A stretch of 64,000 nucleotides of DNA from contig CAWBDP010000009.1 of the NCBI GenBank assembly GCA_963787635.1, forward strand, positions 397,768 through 461,767, in the 5' to 3' direction. Origin of the DNA: an uncultured Actinomycetota bacterium. Lineage in GTDB: Bacteria > Actinomycetota > Actinomycetes > Mycobacteriales > Mycobacteriaceae. The position numbers and the translations under genes are program-made. This document shows, piece after piece, positions 60,334 to 64,000 of the stretch; position 1 is the first letter of the stretch, and each line of letters opens with the position of its first letter. Under the pieces are notes generated by a model that saw only the letters and a program-made list of their open reading frames with translations, was not told the DNA's origin and made no database searches.

Positions 60334-61389
60334 GTGACTTGTCCGAAAGCCCGTCCCCGGAAGTGGCCGGGCATCGCGGCTGCCACGCTCGTAGTGGCAG
60401 CCGCGGGGTGCGGCGCGCCGGGTACCTCACTGGAAAGCACGCCCGAGGTTGTTCTGCAGGCGGTGGGTGCGGCGCTGCACAGCCCGGTGTGGTCGTACCG
60501 CACCAGCACGCTGCTGGCACTCACCGATGATCACCGGCTCGCGGAAATCCCCAATCCGAGCGGACCCGCGCTGGCCGGCACACGGCTGTCCGCACCGATG
60601 GCCGTGGGACGCAATCTCCAAATCAGCCAACAAGACGATCGACACGTTTTCGTGCCGCAACCCGACCGCGACCGCGTCGCGGTCGTGGACCTCGTCAGCC
60701 TGCGCGAGATCGACGACTTCGACGCCGGCCCTGCTCCGGCCTACCTTTCCGAAGACGCCGGCATGCGAGTGCTGCTGGCGCTGTCGGCCGACGGCTCGTC
60801 GGTTACTCCGGTAGACCAGTACGGCTTCCGAAAATTACCTACCGCCAAGATCATCGGCGACCCGGCGGACACGGTCGAAGGCGCCAACCGTGGGCGTGAG
60901 ATTGACTATCATCTCTACGGCCCTTCGGGAATCCGCTATTACAAGGGTCCCTCGTCGCCGCCCACCGAACACGGCTCGCTGCGCATGGACGTCGCGGTCT
61001 CGGCCGGTGACGGGGCGCAGGTGACGCGCAGTTATGTGGCACGCCACAACGACGGCACGCTTTACGCCGTCGACTCGGGCCGCGGCGGCGAGGGCTTGCA
61101 GGTGCTGGCCAGTGCCCGGTTGCCATCGCCCATCCGTTACCTGGGCACCGACGACACCCGCATCTATGCCGCCACCGATCGGGAATTGGTGGTCCTGGAG
61201 ACGGCCAGCTTTACCGGCTTTCCGGACGGAATCATTCCGGTGATCAGGGTGACCAACTACCGGGCCGCGCTGCCCGCCGGTCCGGTCGGGGCGGCGCCGC
61301 TCTCCGGTATGGCCCTCGGAACGCACCGGGTGTTCCTCACGCTCGCGGGAGCACCGTATGTGATCAGCATCGCAAAGCCGCACCTATGA
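60334..61389 (+). CDS. Putative lipoprotein, beta-propeller-like
   Basis: Signal peptide ending VAAAGC; beta-rich repeats (VAVVDL, LYAVD, IYAAT). Confidence 0.7.
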   Translation: MTCPKARPRKWPGIAAATLVVAAAGCGAPGTSLESTPEVVLQAVGAALHSPVWSYRTSTLLALTDDHRLAEIPNPSGPALAGTRLSAPMAVGRNLQISQQDDRHVFVPQPDRDRVAVVDLVSLREIDDFDAGPAPAYLSEDAGMRVLLALSADGSSVTPVDQYGFRKLPTAKIIGDPADTVEGANRGREIDYHLYGPSGIRYYKGPSSPPTEHGSLRMDVAVSAGDGAQVTRSYVARHNDGTLYAVDSGRGGEGLQVLASARLPSPIRYLGTDDTRIYAATDRELVVLETASFTGFPDGIIPVIRVTNYRAALPAGPVGAAPLSGMALGTHRVFLTLAGAPYVISIAKPHL

Positions 61390-61751
61390 GCACATCACCA
61401 GAACAGAACCAGGAAAAGGTCGACATCGACGACGACGTCGAGGTGGTGACCGAACAGATCGCAGCGCTACAGGAACTCGCACAACAGCACGACCTGCCCG
61501 ACGACAAGATTTACGACTTCAGCATCCGGTGGGGTACCGCCCTTGCCGGACGGCTACGACGGATGGTGCACTACAGCTCGCTAGGCATGCTCGACAGACC
61601 TGACGAGGACCGTTTCCAGGCGCTGTGCGAGGAACTTCGCTCGCTATCCAGCCTGATCGACCGCTTCGGGCTGGCCCATCCGGTCTTCACCGATCCGCCC
61701 GAACGTAAGCGACGCGCTATCCCGCTGCTGAGGCCTCTTCGTCGGAGATGA
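61386..61751 (+). CDS. Hypothetical protein
   Basis: ATGA-coupled to the lipoprotein; 121 aa; no motif recognised. Confidence 0.6.
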   Translation: MSTSPEQNQEKVDIDDDVEVVTEQIAALQELAQQHDLPDDKIYDFSIRWGTALAGRLRRMVHYSSLGMLDRPDEDRFQALCEELRSLSSLIDRFGLAHPVFTDPPERKRRAIPLLRPLRRR

Positions 61752-62010
61752 GAAAATCTCTGTCGGCCAGGACAATTCCGGTTCTCGGCTGCGCACAATC
61801 GGGGTTGCGGCAGGTCAGCGCCACCATATAGGCGTCGTCGTCCTCGTCGAGGAACAGAAAGCCAAGGTACAGCGCGTACCCGACCTCGAAGTCTGTCTCG
61901 TCGCAGCATTCACAATGCCCGCCTTTGGCCGAGATCTGCTCCGAAACTCGTTGACGCGCATCGGGTTTCAGAATGATAAGTTCGGGACGCACGCCGTCGG
62001 GGTCAGTCAT
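61717..62010 (-). CDS. Small Cys-rich acidic protein (zinc-ribbon-like)
   Basis: HCECC..C-x4-C; starts 1 nt after the oxidoreductase stop. Confidence 0.6.
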   Translation of the reverse strand: MTDPDGVRPELIILKPDARQRVSEQISAKGGHCECCDETDFEVGYALYLGFLFLDEDDDAYMVALTCRNPDCAQPRTGIVLADRDFLISDEEASAAG

Positions 62011-62011
62011 C

Positions 62012-63503
62012 TCAGATCTCCACGTCTTTGGCGTAGTAGACGTTGTCTTCGCGCCAGCCGCCCAAACCCGATCCGATGCCGGTGAAGTCGTCGATGAACT
62101 CGATCTGGTTGATCCACTTGGCCATCTTGAAGCCAACCTGGGTCTCCACCCGCAATCGCAACGGTGCGCCATGCTTGATCGGCAACGGCTTGCCGTTCAT
62201 CTCATAGGCCAGCAGGGTCTGCGGCTTGTAGGCGAGTTCGAGATCCATCACCTCGTAAAACTGGCCGCCGCCATGCGAGGACGGCTCGTCGGTGCTGTTG
62301 TCCTGCATGGTCAAAAAACAGATATATTTCGCCTGCGGCAGCGGCCGCACCAGGTGCACGAGTCGGGCCAGCGGAAGCCCGGTCCATTCGCCGATACTTG
62401 TCCAACCTTGCACACAGTTGTGCATCGTCCGTTGCGATTCCCGGCCGACCAGCGACCGCAGGGCAGCCAGGTCAAGAGTGACCGGCTGTTCGACCAGCCC
62501 GCCGACCCGAAGCCGCCAGTCGACGAAGTTGTGCACCGCCATCACCTTGTAGGCGGTCGCAGTCGGGGGTTTGCCGTTGACGCGATGCTCCTTGGAAATC
62601 TTTCGCGCCGGATAGTTCTGTCGGGACTTCAATGGGCGCAGTAGCGCCGAGCCGAACGGGGCTGATCACCGCCTCGAGTATCCGGCGAACCTGGACGGGC
62701 CGGCGCAGACTCGACACCGTGGCGACCACGTGAACGGCGATGATCCCCGCGATGATCACCAGCGACAGGGCTGTGGCCCAGTTGATGTTGCGGACCGAGC
62801 CGAAAATCATCGAGGCCGTCAACTGGCCCCAACCCCAGAAAAACACCATCGACAGGTGGATTGCGATGAAGCCCAAAAACGCAACCAATCCGAGGAAGTG
62901 CAGGCTGCGTGCCCATTGCCGTCCGCCCCACATCTGCACATACCACGGAAATCTTGCCTCGACCGCAGGGGACTGTGCCGCGCCGGTCAGGATCTGGAAC
63001 GGGGCTAGCACGAACACCACACCGGCATAGGTCAGCTTCTGCATCGCATCCAGCGGCTCACCGGGCAGTAGCGGCGGCAGGTTGAACGACATGTAGGTAC
63101 AGATGTCATTCCACGCCTCTGGGAATATCGACCACGAATAGGGCCAGTACCGGTGCCACTGCCCGGTTGCAAACAGCAGCACGTAGTAGGAGACGCCGAC
63201 GAGAATCCACCCGATGACCGCGAAAAAGTGCCAGTGCCGGCCCATACCGAGTTGTGCGTGGCCGGGCAACGAAACCAGCGGGTGATAGTCCTCTTCTTCG
63301 TCGAGAGTGTCGTAGAGCTTATTGCGCGGCATGACTTTTCGGGTGAAGCGGGCCCACTCGGTGCCGGGCTTGCTGTCGTCGTGCCAGTACAACTTGGGGT
63401 GGGTCGACAAGATCTCGATACCGCTGCGCAGCAGCAACGTCAGGAACAGGACGTTGAGCCAGTGGTCGATCCGCAACCACGCCGGATAATCGAGCGTCGT
63501 CAT
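62012..63503 (-). CDS. Cytochrome b + molybdopterin oxidoreductase fusion (MsrQ/MsrP-like), 1-bp frameshift near 62646
   Basis: N-part: RIDHW, GRHWH, RSLHF heme-b His. C-part: HNCVQGW, LAYEMNG..HGAPLRLRV..GFKMAKW; about 496 aa if repaired. Confidence 0.85.
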
Positions 63504-63519
63504 ATCCTGCCTGTCACCT

Positions 63520-64000
63520 TCAGTCTTGCCAACCTTGTCGTCGCGGATAGGCGACGTTGATACCCGAGAGGACGGTCGTATGCACGGCGATAAAACCCGC
63601 CGCAAATGCCATCGCCAGGGTCCCGGGCGCGAAATCCCACCGGCCACTCACCGCTATCAATCCGGGCAGGCTGATCAACCGACTTGCCAGATAGATGCCG
63701 AGGAAGACGATGCACAGCGCGCTACCGGCATACCAACCGACCTGTGTGACAACGGGTTTCAGGACGAACCCCATCGAGCCGGCGATTACAGGGCACCCGA
63801 TGATCAGCGCTATGCAGTACACAATGAAATACAGCGGCGGTGCCGACTGGGTGGTCAAGACATAGACATGCGCTGCAGCTATGCCTATCAGCAGCGATGC
63901 GCCTAACGCGGTCACCGTCCGCGGCAGGTCGAAGGCGATCCAGCCGTTCAGGGTCAGCAGCGGAGACGAAAAAATACGCCGCCACAGTCCGGTGACGCTT
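63520..64000 (-). CDS. Membrane protein, 5' end beyond the window
   Basis: Frame open from the window edge (..TLNGWIAFDLPRTVTALG..); 4 hydrophobic segments. Confidence 0.7.
   Translation of the reverse strand, partial: SVTGLWRRIFSSPLLTLNGWIAFDLPRTVTALGASLLIGIAAAHVYVLTTQSAPPLYFIVYCIALIIGCPVIAGSMGFVLKPVVTQVGWYAGSALCIVFLGIYLASRLISLPGLIAVSGRWDFAPGTLAMAFAAGFIAVHTTVLSGINVAYPRRQGWQD

Overview
GC-rich mycobacterial chromosomal window (non-tuberculous Mycobacterium; species not determinable). From recalled gene order and protein sequences, it is syntenic with M. tuberculosis Rv2582-Rv2638. Core backbone: ppiB, relA, apt, SBP lipoprotein, secF, secD, yajC, gabT, car, ruvCAB, the DUF4178/DUF4247/DUF350/speE cluster, yebC, pdxT-tesB-pdxS, the PIM operon (pimA, patA, pgsA, HIT) and thrS. 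Main accessory content: (1) an operon of two tandem cyclophilins plus a Ser/Thr kinase fused to a near-identical copy of the SecD TM1-periplasmic-TM2 region, the strongest candidate for an undescribed system, though it carries about 7 frameshifts; (2) a phthalate 3,4-dioxygenase-type operon lacking its ferredoxin and reductase, divergent from a Rieske protein, an Rv2633c-type hemerythrin and pcaHGBDC; (3) a SufR-like regulator / FdxA / DUF2249-cupin module around a 28-bp AT-rich operator; (4) a VapBC pair, a lower-GC insertion with a SAM methyltransferase, UdgX behind a SigF-type promoter, a LexA-boxed REP13E12 element and several MIRU/REP-like repeats. Single-base frameshifts also hit essential thrS, so the assembly probably has indel errors and every pseudogene call is provisional. 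No rRNA, tRNA, CRISPR array or transposase was recognised. All family assignments come from motif recognition and recall, not database searches.
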